This document shows positions 43,262 through 51,578 of a stretch of 64,000 nucleotides of DNA, one piece after another. Position numbers and translations under genes: made by a program. The notes below the pieces were generated by a model that did not search any database, had not been told where the DNA came from, and saw nothing but the letters and a program-made list of their open reading frames with translations. Each line of letters opens with the position of its first letter. The first letter of the stretch is position 1. This stretch comes from Bacteroidales bacterium (GTDB taxonomy: Bacteria > Bacteroidota > Bacteroidia > Bacteroidales > UBA12077), in assembly GCA_019038645.1 (NCBI GenBank), contig JAHOYT010000011.1, positions 63,909 through 127,908 on the forward strand. The letters are read 5' to 3'.

Positions 43262-43473
43262 TTCCTTTCATTTATAAATTAATAATTCGCTATTTTTTTG
43301 TTTTATTAAGTCATTCTTTAATCCAAAAATAGCACTTTTAAATTATTACACAAATTAAAATGCCATTTACTTATCTTATTATTGTCTTTTAAATAAATAT
43401 GAATACATGCATCTATGTATATAATTGCTAGTTAAATATAAAATAAAAAATTGGATGACAGTTATTTAATAAT

Positions 43474-43506
43474 AAAAATTCTCATGTAAATTACATGAGA
43501 ATTTTT
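43474..43506 (-). terminator. Terminator after the cytochrome b gene, separating it from the tetrahaem gene
   Basis: AAAAATTCTCATGTAA-A-TTACATGAGAATTTTT palindrome. Confidence 0.7.
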
Positions 43507-43536
43507 AATTATAATTAAAAATTAATTGCAAGTTTT

Positions 43537-44157
43537 TTATTCCGCTTCATGGTATCCTGTTATGATACTTTTAAAGTTTTTTAGAGGATGCTTACCGATA
43601 GTAATTACGTATAAATGAATTATTAAAAAAATCAGGATAAAAAATCCTGCAATCGAATGGAAGAAAGTAGTTAATCTAATTCCACTCATATCATAGAATT
43701 TTTCAATAATCATTTCAGGAAATAATAATGCAACACCTGTAATTATAACCACAGGAACTAACAGATACATTGTCCCAAAGTAAGATACCTTTTGTAGTGG
43801 GTTAAACTTTTCTTCCTCAGAAATATGAAATGGTTTTGGTTCTCCTTTCAAATATCCAAAAACATAATATTTTCCTTGTTTATATAATCTGTCAATTAAA
43901 CCTTTTAATTTAAGTTTATAATGCTTATTATTTCCGGTAAGAATACCTGCAATGAAAAAGAAAGAATAACTTATTATAATAACAACACCAATAAAATTAT
44001 GCAAAGAAACAGCAGAATTAAATCTTATTAATGGAGATTCTAAATTTGTAAATTGCATACTAATACCTGTAATACCTAAAAGTATTATGCTAATGGCATT
44101 AATTACATGCCATATTCTTAACCAAACAGGATAAAGATATAATCTATTATTGCTCAT
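43537..44157 (-). CDS. Dihaem b-type cytochrome membrane subunit (FdnI/HydC/PhsC-like)
   Basis: 206 aa, 4 TM helices with conserved His residues (RIWHVINA, SLHNFIG, FFHSIAG, IIHLYV). Starts 2 nt after the upstream 7-haem gene. Confidence 0.75.
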   Translation of the reverse strand: MSNNRLYLYPVWLRIWHVINAISIILLGITGISMQFTNLESPLIRFNSAVSLHNFIGVVIIISYSFFFIAGILTGNNKHYKLKLKGLIDRLYKQGKYYVFGYLKGEPKPFHISEEEKFNPLQKVSYFGTMYLLVPVVIITGVALLFPEMIIEKFYDMSGIRLTTFFHSIAGFFILIFLIIHLYVITIGKHPLKNFKSIITGYHEAE

Positions 44158-44158
44158 T

Positions 44159-45085
44159 TTATTTACGTTTAATAATTCTTAAAAATGTATGTAAAAATAT
44201 TCCAGATAATGTAAGGCCAAAAATAATTAAACTAATTAAATTGACATAACTATTTCTATTTGCCCCAATCATATACGCATCATTAAGAATAAATGAATTA
44301 TAAAAGTTAAATTCTGCACGATCTTCTTTTGATTGATGTTTATATAGCTTGTCACGTAAGGATGAATTTGATGAATGACATTCAACGCAATTACGTACAG
44401 CCTGTTCTTTTGGAACAATATGGTGAACCGCATCAGCAGTGTCTGTAACTGCAGTATGACATTCTATGCAACGGACTCTTGAAAAATGTAAAGCCTGATT
44501 TGGTAGCCAATCGTGGGTAGCAATCAATTGAGGATTTTCGTGGGTAGTATATATCTGATATTTATCAACATCATTATGACAGTTTAAACACCTGTTGTTA
44601 TTATATTGAACCAGTTCAGCCATATCAGACTTCACTAATTTATTTGAATGAGGATCATGGCACAACTCACAATTAAAAACATCACCAAAAGCTTCCATAT
44701 GAACGCTTTTTTTCACTTCCGAAGCAATTACCTCAAAAGCATGGCAATCCACACACGTCAGTTTTGGTTCAATTTTTAATTCACAATTATGAGGATAGGT
44801 GTTATACTCCTCGGAATGACAATCTGAACACGCAAGTGCGCTATGTTCTCCATGAAGATAACTAATTGAATCTATAACTAAATAAGGATTCATTAATTTA
44901 CGTTCAGTCAGTTCTGTATTTTCATTATAAAATGAATAATATTTGTGCCCATGGCATTTAAGACAAGTACTATTTGATTCAGGCATTTCAAGTATTTCCT
45001 CATTTTCCTGAGCTTGAACAATAAAATGAAAAGAAAAGAGAAATAAACTGATAATAATCAACTTCGTTGGTAAAACAATTTTCAT
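44159..45085 (-). CDS. Heptahaem cytochrome c with C-terminal membrane anchor
   Basis: Signal peptide. CLKCH, CSDCH, CVDCH, CELCH, CLNCH, CIECH, CVECH. C-terminal TM helix (LISLIIFGLTLSGIFLHTFL). Confidence 0.8.
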   Translation of the reverse strand: MKIVLPTKLIIISLFLFSFHFIVQAQENEEILEMPESNSTCLKCHGHKYYSFYNENTELTERKLMNPYLVIDSISYLHGEHSALACSDCHSEEYNTYPHNCELKIEPKLTCVDCHAFEVIASEVKKSVHMEAFGDVFNCELCHDPHSNKLVKSDMAELVQYNNNRCLNCHNDVDKYQIYTTHENPQLIATHDWLPNQALHFSRVRCIECHTAVTDTADAVHHIVPKEQAVRNCVECHSSNSSLRDKLYKHQSKEDRAEFNFYNSFILNDAYMIGANRNSYVNLISLIIFGLTLSGIFLHTFLRIIKRK

Positions 45086-45317
45086 TTTTAGAATAGATTA
45101 TTTAGGGTTTAAAAAATAAATAATTATTATGTTTTGAATATTTGAAAAAGGATTTTTCAAAATTTATAATTTTACTGATACGCAATTAAATCATTTATTA
45201 TTAATTGACAAAAGATTTGCCTATAAATATTTTAACAAAAAATAACAAACTATAATTTTTATTAGATTTTTCATTGATATTTAGCAGTCATCATGTCAGT
45301 CTAATTAGTGTATAACA

Positions 45318-45332
45318 TTGATATATATACAA
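45318..45332. promoter_or_regulatory. Degenerate FNR-like box in the divergent promoter region of the 7-haem/cyt b operon and the 19-haem gene
   Basis: TTGATATATATACAA. It equals the 51579 box with one extra A. About 80 nt upstream of the ATG at 45408. Confidence 0.3.
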
Positions 45333-45407
45333 ATAATTAGATAGATAAAATTTGATGATTTAACCAAATTAAGATATATTTACTTATATATTCTAATTTT
45401 TAGACAT

Positions 45408-48194
45408 ATGATTTTCAATCAATTTATTCCAAAAAGAAGCATTTGTTTATTTTCAGTTTTATTTTTTTTACAAATATCATTTACATATAGCCAGTCTGAT
45501 GAAGACTGTTTGACGTGCCATGAAGATACTGAACTAACGTCAGAAAAAAATGGAACTACAAAATCAATGTATGTCGATGGGACTATTTTAAAATATTCAG
45601 TTCATAAATCTGTTTCCTGTGCTTCATGTCATAAAGATGCTGATGTAAATGATTTTCCACATGATGAAAATTTAAGTAAAGTTAATTGTGGTGAATGCCA
45701 TGTAAATGCAGATGATAACTTTTATAAAGGGATTCATGGTCTGGCATTGAAATTAGATGAACCACATGCACCTACTTGTAAAGAATGTCATGGTGAGCAT
45801 TTAATATTACATCAGTCAAATCCAAAGTCTTTAACTTATAAAATGAATATCCCGGTTTTATGCGGTAAATGTCATAAAGAAGGAGCTCCTGTTGCGCGTG
45901 CTTATAAAATTACACAACATAATATACTGGATAATTATAGTCAGAGTATTCATGGATTAGGATTATTTAACAGAGGGCTAATTGTTACTGCAACCTGTAA
46001 CAACTGCCATGGTAACCATTTAATTTTATCACATACCAGTCCAAATTCTACTATTTCTGTTAATAATATTGCTGAAACATGTATGCAATGTCATGCCCGA
46101 ATCGAAGATGTTCATACTAAGGTTATAAAAGGTGAATTGTGGGAAGAATCTCCCGGAGCAATTCCAGCTTGTACTAACTGTCATCCTCCTCATAAGATTA
46201 ATACTCAGAACATTATGGCAACCATGTCAGACAAGTCTTGTTTACGTTGTCATAGCGATGATGACATTCACAAGATTGTTGATGGGGAAAAAATATCATT
46301 AAAAGTTGACAGAGCAGATCTGGATAGTTATGAACATAAAAATATAACATGTGTAAAATGTCATACTGATGTTTCACCATATTTAGAAAGACCATGTGAA
46401 ACCGCCATGGATGTAGATTGTGATAATTGCCATGCGGAAGTATCAAGCATATATTTTGCCAGCGGACATGGACAGGCATATTTCAGAAAAGATGAAAATG
46501 CCCCATATTGCACTGATTGTCATGGAAGCCACAAAGTAAGGTCCAGATATGATGAAGAAGCACAGACATACAGAACAAATATACCAAGCCTATGTGGTGA
46601 GTGCCATCAAAAAGATAATAAGGCAATTGAAGGTAAGGGATTAAAAGAACTTGATGCTTATTTGGATTATTCATCAAGCGTGCATGGTAAAAGTCTGGAA
46701 GAAAAAGGATTAACAATAAGTGCTGTTTGTATCGACTGCCATTCAACCCATAATATGCTAAAAGAATCTGATGAAAACTCGTCAGTTCATCCAAAAAATC
46801 TTCCTTCAACATGTGCAAAATGCCACAAACCAATATCTGACGAATATTTAGCAAGCGAACATTCAATTGAACATAATGATCCTGATAAAAAATTCCCGAC
46901 TTGCGCTAACTGTCATTCCGCACATGTTATTTCAAATATAGATCAGGATGAGTTTATGACAGAGATAACTCATCAATGTGGTTCTTGTCATGAAGATTTA
47001 TCGGAAACGTATTTAGATACGTATCATGGTAAGGCTTATCAGTTAGGTTATTTAGAAACTGCAAGATGTTCTGATTGCCATGGAGCTCATAAAATTTTAG
47101 ATGTGAATAATCCTGATTCCGAAGTTGGGATTCATAATATTGTTGCAACCTGTCAAAAATGCCATCCTGATGCAAACGAGAGATTTACAGGCTATTTAAC
47201 ACACGCAACTCATAACGATAAAAGTAAATATCCGGCACTATATTATGCTTTTTGGGCAATGACATTTTTACTTGTTGGTGTTTTTGGATTTTACGGAATT
47301 CATACTCTTTTATGGATTCCAAGGTCTATAATAGAGAGAAGAAAGGAAAAACATGTAAAACCAGAAGGGAAAATAAAATATATCAGGCGATTTGAATATA
47401 GTCAAAGAATCACACACCTTTTTGTAATTATGAGCTTTATTCTCCTTGCAATTACCGGGATGATAATAAAATTTGCACATATGGATTGGGCAAAATTTTT
47501 AGTAAAAGCAATTGGTGGTGCTTATAATGCAAGTATAATTCACAGGTTTGGTGCTGTAATAACGTTTGGTTACTTCGCTTATCATCTTTATTCCCTGATC
47601 AAATTAAAGATTAAACGAAAAAAATCATTTAGGAAATTCATTTTTGGCAGTAATTCATTAATGTTTAATATGCAGGATTGGAGAGATTTGTGGGCAACAT
47701 TAAAATGGTTTGTAGGGAAAAGTCCACGTCCAAATTACGGAAGATGGACATATTGGGAAAAATTTGACTATATGGCTGTTTTTTGGGGAGTAGCTGTTAT
47801 TGGATTTTCCGGATTAATGTTATGGTTTCCTGAGTTTTTCTCAAAGGCGTTACCAGGATGGGTTATTAATGTAGTTCAGATTATTCATAGTGATGAAGCT
47901 TTACTGGCAACAGGTTTTATCTTTACGGTTCACTTTTTTCATACTCATTTCCGCCCTGAAGCTTTTCCAATGGATACTGTTATTTTTACAGGACTTGTTC
48001 CGTTAGAAAATTTTAAAAAGGAAAGACCAAAAGAATATAATGAACTTGTGGAATCTGGTCGTTTGGAAGAACTTGTAGTTGAAAAAGAAATTACAAAATG
48101 GAAATTAAAACTTGTTAAAGCATTTGGATTCTTTTTCGTAGGAATTGGAATTACGTTGGTTATTCTTATAATATATTCTTTACTATCCGGGTAA
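45408..48194 (+). CDS. 19-haem cytochrome c fused to a C-terminal dihaem cytochrome b membrane domain (CbcL-like architecture)
   Basis: 19 CxxCH motifs counted in residues 34-585. Then about 5 TM helices with FdnI/PhsC-like His pattern (RITHLFVI, IIHRFGA, IIHSDEA, TVHFFHTH). Confidence 0.8.
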   Translation: MIFNQFIPKRSICLFSVLFFLQISFTYSQSDEDCLTCHEDTELTSEKNGTTKSMYVDGTILKYSVHKSVSCASCHKDADVNDFPHDENLSKVNCGECHVNADDNFYKGIHGLALKLDEPHAPTCKECHGEHLILHQSNPKSLTYKMNIPVLCGKCHKEGAPVARAYKITQHNILDNYSQSIHGLGLFNRGLIVTATCNNCHGNHLILSHTSPNSTISVNNIAETCMQCHARIEDVHTKVIKGELWEESPGAIPACTNCHPPHKINTQNIMATMSDKSCLRCHSDDDIHKIVDGEKISLKVDRADLDSYEHKNITCVKCHTDVSPYLERPCETAMDVDCDNCHAEVSSIYFASGHGQAYFRKDENAPYCTDCHGSHKVRSRYDEEAQTYRTNIPSLCGECHQKDNKAIEGKGLKELDAYLDYSSSVHGKSLEEKGLTISAVCIDCHSTHNMLKESDENSSVHPKNLPSTCAKCHKPISDEYLASEHSIEHNDPDKKFPTCANCHSAHVISNIDQDEFMTEITHQCGSCHEDLSETYLDTYHGKAYQLGYLETARCSDCHGAHKILDVNNPDSEVGIHNIVATCQKCHPDANERFTGYLTHATHNDKSKYPALYYAFWAMTFLLVGVFGFYGIHTLLWIPRSIIERRKEKHVKPEGKIKYIRRFEYSQRITHLFVIMSFILLAITGMIIKFAHMDWAKFLVKAIGGAYNASIIHRFGAVITFGYFAYHLYSLIKLKIKRKKSFRKFIFGSNSLMFNMQDWRDLWATLKWFVGKSPRPNYGRWTYWEKFDYMAVFWGVAVIGFSGLMLWFPEFFSKALPGWVINVVQIIHSDEALLATGFIFTVHFFHTHFRPEAFPMDTVIFTGLVPLENFKKERPKEYNELVESGRLEELVVEKEITKWKLKLVKAFGFFFVGIGITLVILIIYSLLSG

Positions 48195-48222
48195 TAATTT
48201 TTGTTCGATACTATCTAGACAA

Positions 48223-48256
48223 AAGAACCATCGGTGTACAAACACCGATGGTTCTT
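48223..48256. terminator. Bidirectional terminator between the 19-haem gene and the beta-barrel gene
   Basis: AAGAACCATCGGTGT-ACAA-ACACCGATGGTTCTT (15-bp perfect stem). Confidence 0.85.
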
Positions 48257-48286
48257 ATTTTAAACAATTAAACTATATTGATTCTT

Positions 48287-49153
48287 TTATTGGAATCTCA
48301 CAATAATATTAAACCCTAGTAATATTCCTTCGCTATCAAATTTGTTTGTATTCATTACATAATTCTTTTGTGCCATAATTCCCTGGTAATTTGTGGCAAA
48401 AACTTGAAAAGCATGTGTTGGAGTACTGATTTCTAATCCAAAAGCAATTCCTGGCTGAATTTCATAAGAATAATCCCGAACAGAATTGATATTTATTGGT
48501 TGATGATATTCGAACATAGCTGACATTGTACCCGTAAATTTATATCGGCCACCAACCATTACTCCGGATTTATTATTCTGATAAACACTGTCGACAGCGT
48601 TAAAATGCGAATAACTTGGGGCTAATTGTACCGATAATGCGTCGGTAAATTTTCGGGAAACAATAATTTGAGTAAAGTATGAGAAGCGATCAGTGAATTC
48701 ATAATTACCACCAAAAAATTGATCCTCTCTGGTATCAACTGTTACATTAGCATGAACTGATAATGAAACAGGCATGCTGCCGGATCTTGTTTGTTGCAGA
48801 ATTGCGTATTTACCATTAAGATCCTGGAACTTATTAGCTTTTTCTGTTCCAATTCCAATGGTTAATTTGTCGGTAATTCCGTATTGTAAACCCATTCTTA
48901 TATTTGATGCAGCATAGATTCCAAACAAATCAGTAAATCCATTATCCATTCCACCAAAACGGTGATGTATAATTAGTTCCAGTGATTTCGCAGTAGAACC
49001 TATAATTGTTTGACTTTCAATTAAGGTTGATGCTTCCCAGGGCATATAAACAGGTTTTTCTACTTTTTTTTCAGTTTCTTCCTGCGCAAATGCAATAGTG
49101 CTGGTTGCAGCAATTAATAATGTAATGAAAAATTTGAAAGTGTATTTCTTCAT
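48287..49153 (-). CDS. Small outer-membrane beta-barrel protein (resembles DUF5777-type)
   Basis: Signal peptide (..STIAFAQEE), alternating amphipathic strands, C-terminal FNIIVRFQ. 35 nt downstream of the monohaem lipoprotein gene. Confidence 0.65.
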   Translation of the reverse strand: MKKYTFKFFITLLIAATSTIAFAQEETEKKVEKPVYMPWEASTLIESQTIIGSTAKSLELIIHHRFGGMDNGFTDLFGIYAASNIRMGLQYGITDKLTIGIGTEKANKFQDLNGKYAILQQTRSGSMPVSLSVHANVTVDTREDQFFGGNYEFTDRFSYFTQIIVSRKFTDALSVQLAPSYSHFNAVDSVYQNNKSGVMVGGRYKFTGTMSAMFEYHQPININSVRDYSYEIQPGIAFGLEISTPTHAFQVFATNYQGIMAQKNYVMNTNKFDSEGILLGFNIIVRFQ

Positions 49154-49188
49154 GATTTTAAATATTTATTTACAATACTTTAATTTTA

Positions 49189-49542
49189 TTAGTTGTCTAA
49201 AGCTCCTTCTTGTATCCATTTAAGAAGATAAGCGCTTTCTTCTGGTGTAAATGGATTACTACCATGTCCTTCATTTACTTTAATATAAATTTCACTTGAT
49301 GCAGGCTCATCAGTGTTAATGTAACCTCCATCCATTAAATTGGTATATTCATTTCCGTCAGTTAAAACCGGCTTAACGTTTGCATGACAGCTGGCACATT
49401 TTTGTTCAAAAATAGGTTTTATATGTTCTGTAAAGCTAAGTCCATCAGGTACCTCAAAAACCAAAGGTTCAATTACATTATATTCACATGATGAAGTACA
49501 GATTAAAATTAATCCTAAAATAAATAATAAACTTTTTTTCAT
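49189..49542 (-). CDS. Monohaem c-type cytochrome lipoprotein (PSCyt1-like domain), paralogue 1
   Basis: Lipobox ICTSSC, single CASCH, C-terminal LLKWIQEGA. Confidence 0.7.
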   Translation of the reverse strand: MKKSLLFILGLILICTSSCEYNVIEPLVFEVPDGLSFTEHIKPIFEQKCASCHANVKPVLTDGNEYTNLMDGGYINTDEPASSEIYIKVNEGHGSNPFTPEESAYLLKWIQEGALDN

Positions 49543-49855
49543 TTTCGTATCCTTTTCTTTATTTAAAAAAGCTGTTTAGTTCACTTAAACAACTTCTTAG
49601 GCAATATTAATATATTTTTTATATTAAAACAATGTAGCTGTTTAATGCCATTTAATTATATGACGAGTTACTACTTTAATTATGATTTTGATCAGTTATA
49701 AGGTAGCCATTTTATATTAAATTAATTCTTGTTAATAATTATTTAGTAAACTCAAGTATTTGTTTTTTAGAATTTTATGTACGAAATGAAAATAACCCGT
49801 TACAATAATTAATAATATGATAAAGAATAGGAAACTATATTTTAAAATGATTTTG

Positions 49856-50242
49856 TTAGTTGTTTTCAGCCCCTTCTTCTATCCATTTAAGAAGATAAGC
49901 TAATTCTAAAGGAGTATATGGATTACTACCCGGATGACCTAAATAGACTTTAACAAATAATTCACTTGATTCAGGATCGTTAGTATTAATGTAACCACCA
50001 TTAATTAAATTATCATATGCGCTACCGGTGATTAAAACAGGATTGGTTATAGAATGACAGGATATACATTTATCCTGAAAAACAGGTTCAATTTGTGCAG
50101 AAAAACTAATAGGGTCTGCAGGATCGTCAGGGTCATCAGGTAGCTCAGGTAACTCCCTTACAATTGGTTCAACTATCTTGTATTCACACGAAGTAATAAA
50201 GATAAAAACTAATCCTAAAATAATTAATAGACTCTTTTTCAT
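49856..50242 (-). CDS. Monohaem c-type cytochrome lipoprotein, paralogue 2 (Pro/Asp-rich linker)
   Basis: Lipobox FITSC, PELPDDPDDPADP linker, single CISCH, C-terminal LLKWIEEGA. Clearly paralogous to 49189-49542. Confidence 0.7.
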   Translation of the reverse strand: MKKSLLIILGLVFIFITSCEYKIVEPIVRELPELPDDPDDPADPISFSAQIEPVFQDKCISCHSITNPVLITGSAYDNLINGGYINTNDPESSELFVKVYLGHPGSNPYTPLELAYLLKWIEEGAENN

Positions 50243-50262
50243 TCTGGTATCTTTTAAAAATA

Positions 50263-50294
50263 AAGAAGTTGCTTAGATAACTAAGCAACTTCTT
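50263..50294 (-). terminator. Hairpin between the hexahaem gene and monohaem paralogue 2 (terminator or attenuator)
   Basis: AAGAAGTTGCTTAG-ATAA-CTAAGCAACTTCTT (14 bp). A T-rich tract follows on the minus strand. A degenerate copy lies at about 49566-49600, upstream of paralogue 1. Confidence 0.6.
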
Positions 50295-50311
50295 AAATAG
50301 GTTCAGTTTTT

Positions 50312-51433
50312 TTATAATGTTGCAGCTAATGTAATAGTGTTATCTAATAAAGTGATAATGTAATCCGGGTTGTGAATTCCAAGACTCTGATCTTCTGCAA
50401 TAATTAAATAGTTAAATACACATCTTCCTAGATCTGCAGCAACAGGATTGTCGCTATATCCACCATATCCTGCGCCCATTGCATGATATCCTACAGTGTC
50501 TATGGTCTCTACATGTTCTCCTAAAGTTTCGTTCCATACTGTTTCAGTTTCGGTGTCAGGATCCAAACCTCCTAATAATGCTAATGTTCTTCCTAAGCTA
50601 GTTAATTTGCCTTCAACCTCATCCTGAATTGCTTCAAGTTTATCTTCAATGTCACTATGGCAAGTAGTACAAGCAGACTCATCCAAAGCTAATGTGTGGT
50701 TACCTTCGTTCATGTGGCAAGTAATACAATCATGACTGAATGATGCTGATGGATCGAATGCTCCTGTTGGGTATCCGGTACCTACTTCAACTCCTCCTTG
50801 AGAATTTAATATATTTCCTTGTGGTCCATGGTGTGGTCCCCAATAATGAGATAAAGGTACATCAGCTGTAGAAGTAGCACTTGGTGCGCCTGTAGGATTA
50901 CGTGATTGGTGACACTGTACACACATGTTAACATCGTCCATATCTTCAAATTCACCTGAAGCAACATCTGTATTATCAATACCTAAAATTGTTTCAGTTA
51001 CCTGATCTGTAAAAGTTAATCCCCAGTCTGTTGCATCATTGGCTGTATGAATAGGGTGGCAAGCTTTACAACTAATTGCAGATTGATCAGTTAGGGCTAA
51101 ATCAAAAATTTCATCAGCAGAAGTAAAATCCATACGAGCTAAAAATCCTTCAGTACTGTGACATCCTGAACAGTCTCCACTTCGGGAAAAATATGTTCCT
51201 AATGAATGAGCAGATTCGTTGAATTGATCAACTTTAACATCATATTCGGTACCTTCATTATGGCAAGCCATACAAACAGCAGTACCATCACCACCGGTAG
51301 CCCCATCGACGCCGTCGACTCCGGCAATACCGTCAGTACCATCAATACCATCAATACCTGCAGGTCCTTCACAAGACATGAAGATTGCTCCAAAAAGGAA
51401 CAAAATACTTAATAATTTAATTAAATTTTTCAT
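50312..51433 (-). CDS. Hexahaem cytochrome c lipoprotein with N-terminal collagen-like Gly-X-Y repeat
   Basis: Lipobox FMSC. GPAGIDGIDGTDGIAGVDGVDGATGGDGT (9 G-X-Y triplets). CMACH, CSGCH, CKACH, CVQCH, CITCH, CTTCH. Confidence 0.8.
   Translation of the reverse strand: MKNLIKLLSILFLFGAIFMSCEGPAGIDGIDGTDGIAGVDGVDGATGGDGTAVCMACHNEGTEYDVKVDQFNESAHSLGTYFSRSGDCSGCHSTEGFLARMDFTSADEIFDLALTDQSAISCKACHPIHTANDATDWGLTFTDQVTETILGIDNTDVASGEFEDMDDVNMCVQCHQSRNPTGAPSATSTADVPLSHYWGPHHGPQGNILNSQGGVEVGTGYPTGAFDPSASFSHDCITCHMNEGNHTLALDESACTTCHSDIEDKLEAIQDEVEGKLTSLGRTLALLGGLDPDTETETVWNETLGEHVETIDTVGYHAMGAGYGGYSDNPVAADLGRCVFNYLIIAEDQSLGIHNPDYIITLLDNTITLAATL
51281..51367 (-). repeat. Coding triplet repeat for the collagen-like G-X-Y tract of the hexahaem lipoprotein
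   Basis: Residues 23-51 of the CDS. This DNA repetitiveness also generates the spurious ORFs 51199-51393(-) and 51206-51412(+). Confidence 0.8.
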
Positions 51434-51517
51434 AGAGTATTTAAGTTTTGATTGAGTTTATAATTCTTTTGCCAATGTAGTTATACTTCTATATATTTGC
51501 TATTTCTTAGCATTGAT

Positions 51518-51533
51518 TGTTATTTAAATAACA
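51518..51533. promoter_or_regulatory. 16-bp perfect palindrome flanked by direct TTGATT repeats
   Basis: TGTTATTTAAATAACA, with TTGATT at 51513-51518 and 51535-51540. Lies in the divergent region between the hexahaem operon and the Crp/Fnr gene. Confidence 0.3.
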
Positions 51534-51578
51534 GTTGATTATAATCGATCTTTAGAACATTTAACATCAATTTACGTA

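Noticed and set aside
51199-51412. Two small ORFs (64 and 68 aa) on both strands near the 5' end of the hexahaem gene
   Set aside because: They are generated by the triplet-repeat DNA that encodes the collagen-like tract. The long lipoprotein frame, with its CxxCH motifs, is the real gene.
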